Shown here: in pieces, positions 1-11,984 of the stretch | Layout of the letters: each line of letters opens with the position of its first letter | Position numbering within the stretch: the stretch's first letter is position 1 | Source of the DNA: Diadema antillarum | Lineage: Eukaryota | Length of the DNA stretch: 64,000 nt | Reading direction: 5' to 3' | Assembly (NCBI RefSeq): GCF_040938485.1 | Contig: NW_027271213.1 | Coordinates: 2,108,001 to 2,172,000, forward strand | Notes under the pieces: generated by a model | The model's database searches: none | Seen by the model: the letters and a program-made list of their open reading frames with translations, nothing else | Told to the model about the DNA's origin: nothing | Position numbers and translations under genes: made by a program

Positions 1-2111
1 TCTCGCACAAATTCAAAGCAGAGATTATGCATCGCTGCTGATCTGATGGAACCCTTGCAGCATGATTCTCAGATCAAGAAACCGATGCCAAGATTTTCAC
101 TTCATTCCATCCATGACAGTAAGGTGACAAGAAAAAAAATAATTGTAGTTCATTTATCAGCCCAGAAAGTTGATGCTCTCATCTGCACACTAGCTGAAGA
201 CAGCTGAAATATTCTGAGAGGAGTAAAAGAGTAGTGCTGTTTTTTAACTTCCATTCAGTGACCGGGGAAATGGTTTGAAGACAGGCTTATCTCGCAATAT
301 GCAGGTACAATTCCATGTTGTTCAACAGTCCATCTACTACTAAGTCTTCAAAGAAATAAGGGTTGCCTTGAATTAATATTCCCACATTTAAGAATGCTAG
401 CACTTCATACCAGCATGTGGAAATATTCATTTTTTTTTTTAAATCAAATCATGAAGTTGACAGTATTCTGAGAAACATTATTAGCAAAAGACAAGGGTAT
501 GTGTAAAGAAAATAAAGTAAGACATTTCTCTTAAAATACAGACCACATTGATATCTCATACACTGTGTGTCGTAGGCATTGGTACATGAAACTGGAACAG
601 TGTTTAAGGCAAGTCATACATTTGTATAATATACACAGTCAAGGCAAATACATTATAATGGTGAGTGTTTAACGCAACACAGCCAGTCTCCCACACAACT
701 GCGGAAGCAGAAAGGAATAAGAGTATTGTGCTAGTTGTCTGGTCCGAGCGTACGTACATACCAAATGAGCTCAAGCATCAATGCATGACTTTCAAAAAGA
801 CATAAAGGGGCCATACGGTAAAAAAATGGCAATAATAATCATAATAATTCTAATTCTAATAATAATAATAAAAATCAACAAAAAAGAAGAAGACTGATTT
901 TACACTACGGCCAAAAACAATGACAAAACTGTGAAAGTGGCTGTTTCTTAACAAGCTGGGGTTCAGGTTGTACACGCATCCTTTGTGAGGTTACAGAACG
1001 GAGAATGCACATATGACCACAATATGGTGTTACCACACATGTCATTACACGAAAGCCTTTGAAGGATTCATATACATGTGTTACCTTGCACACAGTCTGG
1101 AAAAGAGATGATAACAAAAGAGAGAAGAAAATGATGCCACGCCGAATGCCTTGGTTTTTGTTGCTCATGCTGTTCTGGAGTGTTTTGGATTGTCTTTTCT
1201 TTGGTTTCATTCACAATCTAAACCCTGAATCATACAGTGTACAAGAATCGAAAAATATACATCGCATGGCAAACAATAACAACTCTGATATTCATGAGTA
1301 GAGGTATAATAAGTGTGATATTTAAGAGTTTTAGTTCATGGGTTCGTATATATTTATTCGCAGTCTCAGACTCGTCATATCTTGGCACTTTTGCAAGTAC
1401 GAGACGAGGTTTGGGAATTCATCCTGAATTTTATCCTGGTGGTAATTTGTGCATGCTCCTCGATGGTAGTGGTATTCTGTTTACTGACATTTATAATAGA
1501 AATAGAAACATGATTATTTGAAATTGTCAAGCATGAGGACATGCAACTCCCAATCAAGTCTAACTGCATAAAAATTTGATGGAGTTATCATTAGTTTTCA
1601 TTAGTTATAGCATAATAGTGAAGGGGTGTTGGAAAGGGAGTTCCAGGTTCGAGTGGTCACAAACTGGGATGATGTCACAGTGGTCAAATTTCCAAAGAAC
1701 AAGCCATGTTATTTCCCCCTCTGAAAGTGATGTATTATAGTCAAACCTGTCTATAGCGGCCACCAAATGGAGACAAAAAGAGTGACCATTATAGACAGGT
1801 GGTTGCTGATGAAGGCAGGTTTGACTGTACTTGTACATGATAATCCAACACCAATCAAGGACTTCTTTGTTTTTTCAAGCTGAAATCCAGGTTCCTTACA
1901 TGACAGGTTACATGTACTTATGACACATGCACATCTCTCTAAAAAATTACTTTTATCCTGACAAACTGCTACTGTATGTTTTCTCCACAACAGTTTATAA
2001 CATTCATTTCATTCAAGGTGCACATTCAAGACAACCATTCAGCTTTGGCAAAACGACTTTTCAATGTGCCATCTGTGATTTGACAAGTCTAGGAAAAATC
2101 ATTTAAGAAAA

Positions 2112-2455
2112 CTAAAAGGGATGGTCTTATTTTGGCTGAGATGGGATTGTGTGTTTCCAACTTTTTCATGAAATAAGAAGAAACCTCTTATGAAACATAA
2201 AGAGCATACAATTAATTCAAAGTGTATTTGATGAAAGTTGGTTTTAAAATAGCCGAGATGTCCAAGAACAAAGAGGTTCTAATACAAGGTGGGACCCACC
2301 TTTTATTAGGACCACTGTGTTTTACCTTGTGTTTTGATACCTCAGTCATTTCAAAACCAATTTTCATCGAAACAACTGTTGATTCCTCTTAGAATTGTAT
2401 GCTCTTTCAGATTTCATACATGATTTCTAATTATTGCGCAAAAAAGTTAACCTCT
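2112..2455. mobile_element. Kolobok-type MITE family A, right end truncated
   Basis: aagggatggtcttattttggctgagatggg start; central ggtgggacccaccttttattagg; similar to the 9941 and 54261 copies. Confidence 0.75.
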
Positions 2456-3675
2456 CAATTCTATGTCGCAAGCAAAACTGTACTATCCTTTGACTTCAGT
2501 CTGCACTGCAATTCTCCACTACTTGCTCACAGTGCATGGACGTGGATATACACTCTTGAGCCATGTCTGTTCCTTACTTTTTTTTTGTCAAAGTTTAATA
2601 TTAATTGGGAAATTCAATTCATGGAACACAAGTACATACTTGACATCCTACATTAGCCATCTGGTGAAGTATACAAACAGAGAGAAACAATTCTTTCTCC
2701 CTGCTTTATGCAGAACAATCATCGCAGCCAGATCATTAACATCCACCACAGGGCTTCTATATAGTATTAACAAGGATGGTTGACTATACTTGCATCGCAA
2801 TAATCATTCAGTCGGTAAAATATGATCTATTTTCTATACATTCCTCTTAATAACTTTGGAATAATATGGGCTCACACGCAATATATTTCTCGGTGTACTT
2901 CGGCGACCAAAGAGAGATTTTTTTGTAGAGATATTTGTTGCAACTCGCGTAAAACATATTTCACTCCAATTTCACTTCAAGTAATTGCACCTCTCCTACG
3001 GTGATATTATTAATTGTGATAATTCTCTATCACTATATACTTCAACAGGAGAGAAGGAGGTAGAGGAGATTGTGTACTAGGAGGAGTGCACTGTACAATT
3101 TTAGATAAATTAATAACTATCCCCTGTCGTATGATGAGATATAATAATTGGTATATAGATTCTGGTGCATATGGAAATGTAATGCGGAGAGTAATTCATG
3201 ATCAATTTCATCCAATGTGTGATGGGTTCGAGGAAACACACTTTCTATGTCGCAATGAAACAGAGATGCCAAATTGACTTTCATAGCATTTTCAAACTTT
3301 CCAATACTCCAAACTGACTGTGATGTATCAAGCATTGTTTTTGGAAAAAGAAAAAGACCACCGCAGGCTTCTCATGCACACAGAAACTGTCATAAATTAG
3401 TTTCAAATGTACTGCAAACTTCAAATATTTTTGCGAGCTTAATTTTCCCCACTGAGGGCTCAAAAACATGAATTATTCCTACTTGCGGGTTCTTAAATTT
3501 GTGGTGCACCATTGCTTCCATACTGGTATGTCTTAATCCAATTCACAGAGAAGAATTTGATTCGACGTTTCCCTGCATGAAAATTGATGGGCTGCCAATC
3601 CATTTGAGTGTACGGCCTCTGCACAGAACATACTGCAAACACACATGCACTCGACGTACTACTAATAGTACTAGG

Positions 3676-3676
<1 letters not shown>

Positions 3677-3709
<33 letters not shown>
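3677..3709. repeat. (CA)n microsatellite
   Basis: Seen directly. Confidence 0.95.
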
Positions 3710-3711
<2 letters not shown>

Positions 3712-4516
3712 GTACCAGGGAGGCATTACTGAGGAGGTGCACGATTCATCCCGTTCAAAATGTGCAGAGAAAACCGTGAAGATATTTTTGTGGGTTACAG
3801 AATTGGCGCCAACCAAAATTAGCACGAAATTATACGCAAAAATTAATGTACTGCAAACATTTCCACATTTACATCGAGTCCATTCTTCTCGAAAATTCTT
3901 TTTGATGTTTATCAAATCATAATCAACTGAAATTGGGAAATGACTTTGTTTTAGCTATGCAAGAGAATGCAGAGATTTGTAACGGTTGTCTTTGGCCATT
4001 AAGCAGTGTCATAGGTAGAATAAGCTTCATTGGGGCTGTGGTAACAAATATATCTCACTTTGGCTAACAGTATCCAACCGCTGATGTACAAAATGTAACA
4101 CAACATTAAATTATGCTTATAGTGAATCCGACCATACACTGATATAGATAATCTTATTAGCACAGAGCAACTGTAATACGATTGTATGTTGTGACAATTT
4201 AGAAAAGATAACAGGGAAATGATAAGGATTATGTAAATCAAAATAATGACTCTTAGAATACTAAATGCATAGCTAATTTACCGTGAATATTTTGACACCC
4301 ACTCTTTTGGAACACAGTTCCATCACACAATAACGGTTTGGCAGAGTGAAACGAAACAAGGTTGATATGACAATAGGACTGCCAGCTCACAGGCAAAGCT
4401 TCTAGAATTTCTCTTGCAGATTCAGCCCCTCAGCTGTAGATCACCCTTCCACTTCTCACTTTGAGTCGACGGGACATGAGGTCATCTTTCTCCAGTTCAT
4501 CAAGCACGTAGCCACT

Positions 4517-4980
4517 TGTCACAAAGAGTCAATGCATACTATGGTGAGACAAGGAAAAGCTGCCCTGCTCTGTTCGTCAGGTGACAAGATGGTGGACCAG
4601 AGACTCATCACAGATAGTCGATGCATACTTTGGTGAGACAAAATGAAGCTGCCTTGCTCTGTTCATCAGGTAACAAGATGGCGGACAAGAGACCTGTCAC
4701 AGGGAGTCGACGTGTACTTTGCTAAGACAGGATGACGCTGCCTGGCTCTGTTCATCAGGTAACAAGATGGCGGACAAAAGACCTGTCACAGGGAGTAGAT
4801 CATGCATACTTTGGTGAGACGAATCGAAGCTGCCCTGCTCTGTTCGTCAGGTCACAAGATGGCGGACAAGAGACTTGTCACAGAGAGTTGATGCATACTT
4901 ATGGTGAGACAAGATAAAGCTGCCCTGCTCTGTTCCGTCAGGTAACAAGATGGTAGACAAGAGGCTTGTCCACAAGAGGA
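4517..4980. repeat. Tandem array, ~89-bp unit x5 (plus partial), downstream of the LRCH stop
   Basis: Units begin at 4532, 4621, 4710, 4802 and 4891 (atgcatact(t)tggtgagac...gctgccctgctctgttc(g/a)tcaggt.acaagatgg.ggac.agagac.tgtcacag). Confidence 0.95.
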
Positions 4981-5382
4981 CCACTATGCTTTGGGTTGGT
5001 GATGCTTTCAAAGTCACACCTTTGTCCTAAAAATTCTTTGCTTTTTCGAGACACACCTGGAAATCACATGCATCCAGTAGTCTCTTTCCTAGTTCTGACC
5101 TGTCAGACAGGAGCACCTGTAGAAAAGAGAGAGAGGCATGAAGGACAAGGTTTTTCACTGAGGAGAGCTTCTCATTCTACAGCTCTTGGCTAGACAAATC
5201 CTTGCAACACAGCTGTGCACCGAACGCTAAGTGGACTTTTCGAGGCTGAGGAGTCTGTGGCCCACACACACGCGGCAACGTGGCCACTCTCAGTGGACCA
5301 CTTGGAGCACACAAAGGCTTGGTGGAATCCCGACAGGAACTTGAACAAGGAGAAACAAAGGCACTCCATTTGGAGTTATTGC

Positions 5383-5476
5383 TCAGGTGGTCCAACACAG
5401 AGTCAGGTGGTCCAACACAAGAATCAGGTGGTCCAACACAAGTATCAGGTGGTCCAACACAGAATCAGGTGGTCCC
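5383..5476. repeat. Minisatellite, 20-21-bp unit x5 (tcaggtggtccaacacaRRn)
   Basis: tcaggtggtcc at 5383, 5403, 5424, 5445 and 5465. Confidence 0.95.
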
Positions 5477-5884
5477 ATTTGAAGTCATGTGGTTCCACCG
5501 GAGAGTAAAGACAGTTTTGATTTCCAGTGAGATGGAACGATCACGCCACTGGGTGGTCCAACGAGAAGCGAGATGAAACCACTGAGTCCATAGGGTTCAA
5601 GCAAGAGAGCTGTCCGCCCCCAAGGTACACATTATGAGAAACCACATGACAGAATGGCTGCCCTACCACAAGGTCTGGTGGTGGGTCAACATGGACGCTG
5701 GCAATGTCCACCATGGGAACTTTATAGAGGTGGTGCCCATTAATCAGTCAGGTGGTTTCATCAAGTGGTCACATGATCTCTACCAACTGTCAGGTGGTTC
5801 CTCCACAAGGCAGGCAGGCAGGCAGTCGCAGTGTTCCATCATCCCGGTCATCTCTGTCCGCTGATTGCACTAGGTGTCCTGGGT

Positions 5885-6001
5885 TCATACCGCCCACTGC
5901 TTGGTCTGGACGGCGGTATGCGAGAGAAGCGCCTTGACCGTGGCAGCCACCTTCGGAAGACCCTTTCCTTCTAGTACGTCCGATGGCGTACACATTTTCT
6001 C
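5885..6001 (-). CDS. LRCH: LRCH terminal coding exon N: EKMCTPSDVLEGKGLPKVAATVKALLSHTAVQTKQWAV*
   Basis: ctctttctgtaaccccaag acceptor, 117 nt ending in TGA. Resembles the EK.C.P...LE.KGL.KV..T..ALL end of the LRCH CH domain. Confidence 0.93.
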   Translation of the reverse strand, partial: EKMCTPSDVLEGKGLPKVAATVKALLSHTAVQTKQWAV

Positions 6002-6926
6002 CTTGGGGTTACAGAAAGAGATACAGATAAAAAGGTCAAAGGTAGGAGCCACCAATAGCAAACTCACCTATTCTTACCTTACAGAAAAAACGAAATCTTC
6101 ATCAATATGACATTTGATCCAAGACCAAATTGTTGTTTGCCTTTTAGGAGTGTTATTATTGTCTTTTTTTTTAATCTCAGAGGAATAACAGTAGGTATTA
6201 TGATGTCACAGAGCAGTTGCATGCCCACTTAGACAAGCAAATAGAGAGGTAGATGTGTAGATAAGTAGTTGATAATCAGAATATTTTGGTAGGGCGACAT
6301 ATTTCTTGTCAATCCTCTCTTTGACAGTGAGCTTCAATAAGGATTACCTCTTTCATTGCATCCTGCATTTTTGTTCTTTTACTTTGTGTCACTGCATGTG
6401 AAACAAGAAGGCTCTTTTAATTTCAACAAACACAAGTCCTTTTTTGTACTTTAGAGGGGAACAAGGTAGTTGCTTTGTTAGAATAGATTTGTTGAACAGG
6501 GGAGAGGGAATGGCTATACTGCAAGGTAGGAAGCAAACCAACCATCTCTTAAAGCACATTATATAATATCTTGTGGGGGATATGATACAATAAACAATTA
6601 TTATGTGCAATTAGCAGCAGCAACAAATTTAACAAGGTACCACACAGAACAGAACTGAACAAAGCCACCAAATACTTCATGCACCAATACACAGGTCAAA
6701 GGTCAAATGAAAGGGCAGGGTCATGCAGTGTGCAGAAAAAAAATGCTCAAAAAATATAAAAGATCATGCTGCTTTATCACAAACATCATCACTTCTGATT
6801 TCTTGCAATGAACTGTACACATGTAAAACATGCAAAGCATCAGCTCTTCTTCTTTGCAATTCCACAGCTCAGATGGACATGGTCTGTTTTGCAACATAGC
6901 CCTTTTGTCAGTCCTACAAAAGATTA

Positions 6927-7019
6927 TTAACCCATTGAGGACGAGTTCAGAGTATAATAGGGCAAGCATCTATGGGAAATGCGTGTTGTAGCAAAATCAA
7001 ACGGTCCTCAACGGGTTAA
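6927..7019. mobile_element. piggyBac-type MITE, copy 1
   Basis: TTAA-CCCATTGAGGAC ... GTCCTCAACGGG-TTAA. TTAA target with CCC/GGG termini is piggyBac-diagnostic. Three copies in the window. Confidence 0.88.
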
Positions 7020-8541
7020 GATCACAATGAGCTTAATACGCATGTGTGGTCAGTATACCGGGAGTAATTGATTTTATCAACTCCAATTAACTAACATCTT
7101 TATAGGCACATTGACAGAATATGTAGTAATTAACGTACAACAAAACAAAGAGTGTGAATGATCTCATATTGTACAGCTGAAATACTACTAGCTTGCAAGA
7201 GACCTGCTGTAGGTTTCTTCATAAAGTTCTCATCTACAGTGTACTACGGGGATTAAACTTAGAGAGAGGCGCAGGACCATTCTACGGCAGGTAACAAAAA
7301 GGAGCTGCAAACAAGACTACATATTGAGACACAGGAAACACAAAACAAAACCAACGACAACAAAAATCCCAGTACATTAGCAACACCGTGAGATTTATGA
7401 TACTACAGTCACCCCCGTGAACATTGAATACAGAACATGTTGAATCGATAAAGACGGAATTACTTTTTCACACACATTATAGACTACAAAAGAATCTCAG
7501 GATGCATTCGAGCACTCTCCTAAAACATGCCATACTGTACCATACCGAGTTAAAAATGGACCACTTCCCGATATCCTAAAAAAGCATACCAGAACTGTAA
7601 CACAAGTTGGCATGCGAAGAATGTGCATTATAACACACACTATGTCATAATTTCAACAGTTGATTCCTTTTGTTTGGAACACCTGTACGTAGTGTAAGCA
7701 CGTTGGGTGTTTGACCCTGTTGCTACAAAAGTGTGACCCCTCTGACTAGTGTCCCAAAATAACTCATAGGGCATTCTTTCTCAACAGAGTGCTTGAATGC
7801 TCCCAATCTGGCATGGTATGGAACAGTACGCATTAGTTTGGATCGGTTCAGTTCACTTTTGAGTGCTCGAATGCAGCCTCGAACTATGGTGTATGCCACT
7901 AAAGACCATTACACAGGTTCAGTGAATGCACACCATCTACACGAATGGAAAGTAACATTGATTCCAGGTTATTAATCTGTCATAAATGACAGCACAAATT
8001 TGATCACATCTAATAGAGGAGCTGTGTGTATGTGTGTGTACGTAGCAATTGTCACGGCTGCGACAAGTGAGGACAGAACTTACGAATACAACAACACGCC
8101 ATAGAGGGCACAGTGGTATTAAATCATGCATTGTACAAACATAAATAGGACAAAAGACTTTGAGACACAGAGTTAACAGATAGAGACAAAAGAGAGAGGG
8201 AGTGGGGCATATTTATAAGACACGTAAGACGAATCCAACCTGGCAGAAAATCCACCATTATTGCGGTATCCAAAGCATGAACACATGTGCAGAATGCAAA
8301 TGTATATTGCATCTGGCATGAACCAGTCGCAATATATATCATGCATTCACATTTGAGCGTGCGCCACAGGGGACTCTGCAGTAATTGTAAATTTGCCGCA
8401 AGGTCGGATTGCTCTATAGCAGAGAAACAACGAGAAGCAGCCGCTTAAAATCAAAGCTCTCTTGGATTATCCACAGCTAGGAGACACAAGTACAGTGTAT
8501 GTGGAAGGCCAAGGTTATCCTATAATGGGTTTGGTACTTAC

Positions 8542-8619
8542 AGCCGGCACGCCTGCGTTTACACACACTTTAAGGAAACTGTCCACATTTCTCCTGCTCT
8601 TGGCTGCACTAAGCTTTGG
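8542..8619 (-). CDS. LRCH: LRCH exon M, CH domain: PKLSAAKSRRNVDSFLKVCVNAGVPA
   Basis: ccccaacag acceptor, GCT|gtaagt donor, 78 nt; PKLS.AK.RRNV..FL..C...GV motif. Confidence 0.95.
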
Positions 8620-9299
8620 CTGTTGGGGTATGAAAGGGGACAGAGATTCTGTTAATCCATCATGATGATGTACTCTTCGCATTCAATTCCAAACCACATT
8701 CACATTGATTTTCATAAATTGCATACAATCAGACAAACAGGGTGGTAGAAATCTCGTTTTATACAGACATCAAATGGCAAAGTTGCAGAATTTTAAAATT
8801 TTTGTATGATTTCACCGAATATTAATAATTTAATTGTTTGCTACAACATTTGCATGTTACCTGATGTGATGATATCACGAACACACAACTTTACCATTGG
8901 TTTGCACACAAAAATATCAGCAAAACCACGCTTTCCAATCTCTTTATTTCATATACAGAAACCTTTCCCTAAAAGTGTAATTGTGACATGTTATTGCAAC
9001 ACAACAAACATTTGATGCAAAGGATGAACATTTGCCTTTTTGATTTCTTGATAAAAATGGAATTTTTTGCGTACATCAGTTGGAGATGTATGAGGATGTA
9101 ACATTCTAATTCATTTTATCACCTTATGTGGTTGATACTGATATCACTACTCTTAGAAAATTAGTAAAATTTGGAAATTCTGTAAGTTTCAAATTTGATA
9201 AAACTCTACCACCATTCTGTTATTTGATATCACATGCATGGAGACATTTTGTTCATCATTTTGTTTTAAACACTGAATGAAATAATAGCACTAAAAAAC

Positions 9300-9720
9300 A
9301 TCTTCATCACCATCATCATCATCATAATTGTCATCATTTTCATCATCATCATCTTCATCTTCATCATCTTCATCATCATAACTGTCATCATCATCATCAT
9401 CTTTATCTTCATCATCTTCATCATCATTATTGTCATCTTCACCATCATCATCATCACAATCATCATAATTGTCATCTTCATCAACATAATCATCTTCATC
9501 TTCATNNNNNNNNNNNNNNNNNNNNNNNNNNNNNNNNNNNNNNNNNNNNNNNNNNNNNNNNNNNNNNNNNNNNNNNNNNNNNNNNNNNNNNNNNNNNNNN
9601 NNNNNNNNNNNNNNNNNNNNNNNNNNNNNNNNNNNNNNNNNNNNATCATCTTTATTGTTTTTTAACATCATCATCATCTTTTCCATTTTTTTCTTTCATC
9701 ATCTTCATCATCATCATCAT
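9300..9720. repeat. (TCA/TCT)n trinucleotide low-complexity tract containing an assembly gap
   Basis: Degenerate atc/ttc repeats flanking the N run. Confidence 0.95.
9506..9644. other. Assembly gap (139 N)
   Basis: Run of n characters. Confidence 1.
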
Positions 9721-9725
9721 CTTAC

Positions 9726-9863
9726 CGCTGCTGCAGATGGGATATGGATGCTGGAGATAGCGTGGGGTTTTATGTTATTTGATAGGTGACATAGAACCAC
9801 TCCATCCATTAGTGCTTCTGCCAGATCTTCCGGTAATGAGACCTTCAGCCTTGACTCTATGCT
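9726..9863 (-). CDS. LRCH: LRCH exon L, CH domain: SIESRLKVSLPEDLAEALMDGVVLCHLSNNIKPHAISSIHIPSAAA
   Basis: cctgcag acceptor, GCG|gtaag donor, 138 nt. Near-canonical LRCH CH sequence (SIE.RLKVSL..DL..ALMDGVVLCHL). Missed by the ORF track. Confidence 0.97.
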
Positions 9864-9940
9864 CTGCAGGATAAGTGCGACAAAGAAGGCAGCAAATGCC
9901 AGTTTAAGTGTTAAGAGCTAGCTTTCACACAAACACACTA

Positions 9941-10366
9941 TTAAAGACATGGTATAGTTGTGGTTGAGATGGGAAATTTGGGTTTTTAACTTTTTGCGAG
10001 ATAATTAGAAACCACTTGTATGAAATATTAAAGAGCATACATTTCTAAGAGGAATTAAATGTTTGATAAAAATTGGTTTTGAAATGACGGAGATATAAAA
10101 GAACAAATGGAAAATCAAAAAAGTCAAAAGAAAACAAATCAAAGAGCAACTAATAAAATGTGGGACCCAACTTTTATTATGACCACTTTGTTTTACTTTG
10201 TTTTTTGATATCTCAGCCATTTCAAAACCAATTTACATCAAATAAACTTTTAATTCTTCTCAGAATTGTATGCTCTTTAATATTTCATACATGTGGTTTC
10301 TAATTATCTCGCAAAAAGTTAAAAAACCTGAATCCCCATCTCAACCATAACTTACCATCCCCTTAA
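9941..10366. mobile_element. Kolobok-type palindromic MITE, family A
   Basis: TTAA-flanked with RR..YY termini and long imperfect TIRs (atggtatagttgtggttgagatggg / cccatctcaaccataacttaccat). Homologous to copies at 54.3 kb and 2.1 kb. The superfamily is inferred from the TTAA/RR termini. Confidence 0.8.
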
Positions 10367-11984
10367 ATCTACACAGCTGGATATACCACGGTTCTGAGCA
10401 TTTGTTTCTTGGGTAGACAAAGTTGACTACTTCAGCATAACATATAACGTATCAAATAACGGCAAACAGTCAATGACACAGAAAACTCACTGAACAGAAA
10501 ACTGACAGTTGAACAAGCACATACTTTCATTACAATTTCATGTCGATTGTTCATTTCTAGAACTCTACATCAGCTGAAATGAACGGATAGGTATCAATCC
10601 TACATAACAGTGTCTAGCTGCGTATTGAACAAATATCTGCTCTCCATTTCTCTGCTTTTCCCTTGATTTGTTACAAAGAGTCTGCAGTACAACACAAATT
10701 GGCTTGAAAAAGACATGCTTTTAATACAACATTTTACTTTTCACTGTGGTGCTACACAAGTAGACTGTGACAGTCTTTGTTGTGATTTATGCCTATCCCT
10801 GACGCTCAAATCAAAGCTGAGTGAATATTTATTGGTTGATTGCACTTTAGAATTGTCCCTAAATTGTGAGTCTGAATGATGGAAGCTACTTTCAAAAGAA
10901 AGAAATTTACAACAAAGCTTACCGTGAATGGATCTGTAGGTGCATTTTAAGTGTGTCACTTTAGAATTGCCCGTACACTTTTATTCTGAACACACAAATT
11001 TCCTAGTTTGAGTTGTGTGTAGGTGTGCAAATGTTGTGGCAAGAGTGGATATAAAGAAAAATGTACATGTGTTTGCAATCAGTGCATAACTGTCAAACCT
11101 GTTTACTAGAGTACAAACCTGTAATTAAACCATGACCATACAAATACAGTGTAGCTCATATCCTATGACTTAACAGACATGGGGGAATCCATGTACCTGA
11201 ATGTACATCACATGGCTTTGAGCACTTCCTAACTATTGCTCACACTATACAGAAATACCATTGGCACAGGAAAAAAAAATGCTTAAGACTACACCTGTAT
11301 GTGGGACTAAAGATATTTAACCTTGATAGCCACTTATAGACATATAGAGCAGAACTAGCTCAGTTTAATTACAGAACGCAGAAACCATCATTGAAAGGAA
11401 GATGGTGAACCACTGGTCAGACACAGACAATTAATCCAACACATTTTGGACTCATTGGGGAAGTGGGAAGACCTCCATAATCAAATCCACTAGACCTATG
11501 CCTTTTCAACTCACAATCCCTCACCAGTGCATTTCCATCAACACCACAATTTGCACACAGTGCATGCAGGGTAGAGTCTCGAACAACTAAAAACTTGACA
11601 GTGAAACAAAACATCCCACAACCCAGGACTCTCAAACATCACAATGTTTGTTTAATATTGGCACATCTGATTTCAAACAAAGCGTCTAGGTACCCAGGGC
11701 TGCCAACATTCTTACATCAAAAAGGATTAGGATTAGGGCCAGGGGAAGGGTTCGGGGTAATTGCCCAGGGGGTAATTGCCCTAGATCCCTCCACAGAGCC
11801 ACCACTGAGAAGCTTGTGTGTTGCATATTGCATCTTTAGTAGGTGATCATGATTCCCAAGTCTAGGAAATTATTGACTAATTCAGTCAGGAAATGAAAAA
11901 AAAAAAATGTCAATTTTCAATTTCCAATTTTCAATTTTTCAGGGAACCTCTTGTCGAACCACGGAGACAAGGCAGCTCAAAGCA

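Noticed and set aside
1-207. Stop-free plus-strand frame from base 1 (SRTNSKQRLCIAADLMEPLQHDSQIKKPMPRF...) with ttgcag at 55-60 and gtaagg at 119
   Set aside because: No recognisable domain and no partner exon. Open frames of this length occur by chance many times in this window.
4640-4780. CUGAUGA on the minus strand of the 89-bp repeats (hammerhead core or snoRNA box C)
   Set aside because: No downstream GAAA with a stem II, and no properly placed box D with a terminal stem.
6080-6230. Minus-strand frame VGMQLLCDIIIPTVIPLRLKKKTIITLL... as a possible alternative terminal or TM exon
   Set aside because: No suitable phase-0 acceptor and only superficial resemblance to LRCH termini.
9266-9686. 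Asp/Glu-rich and Met-rich ORFs
   Set aside because: Translations of a (TCA)n microsatellite spanning an N gap, in the intron just past exon L's donor.
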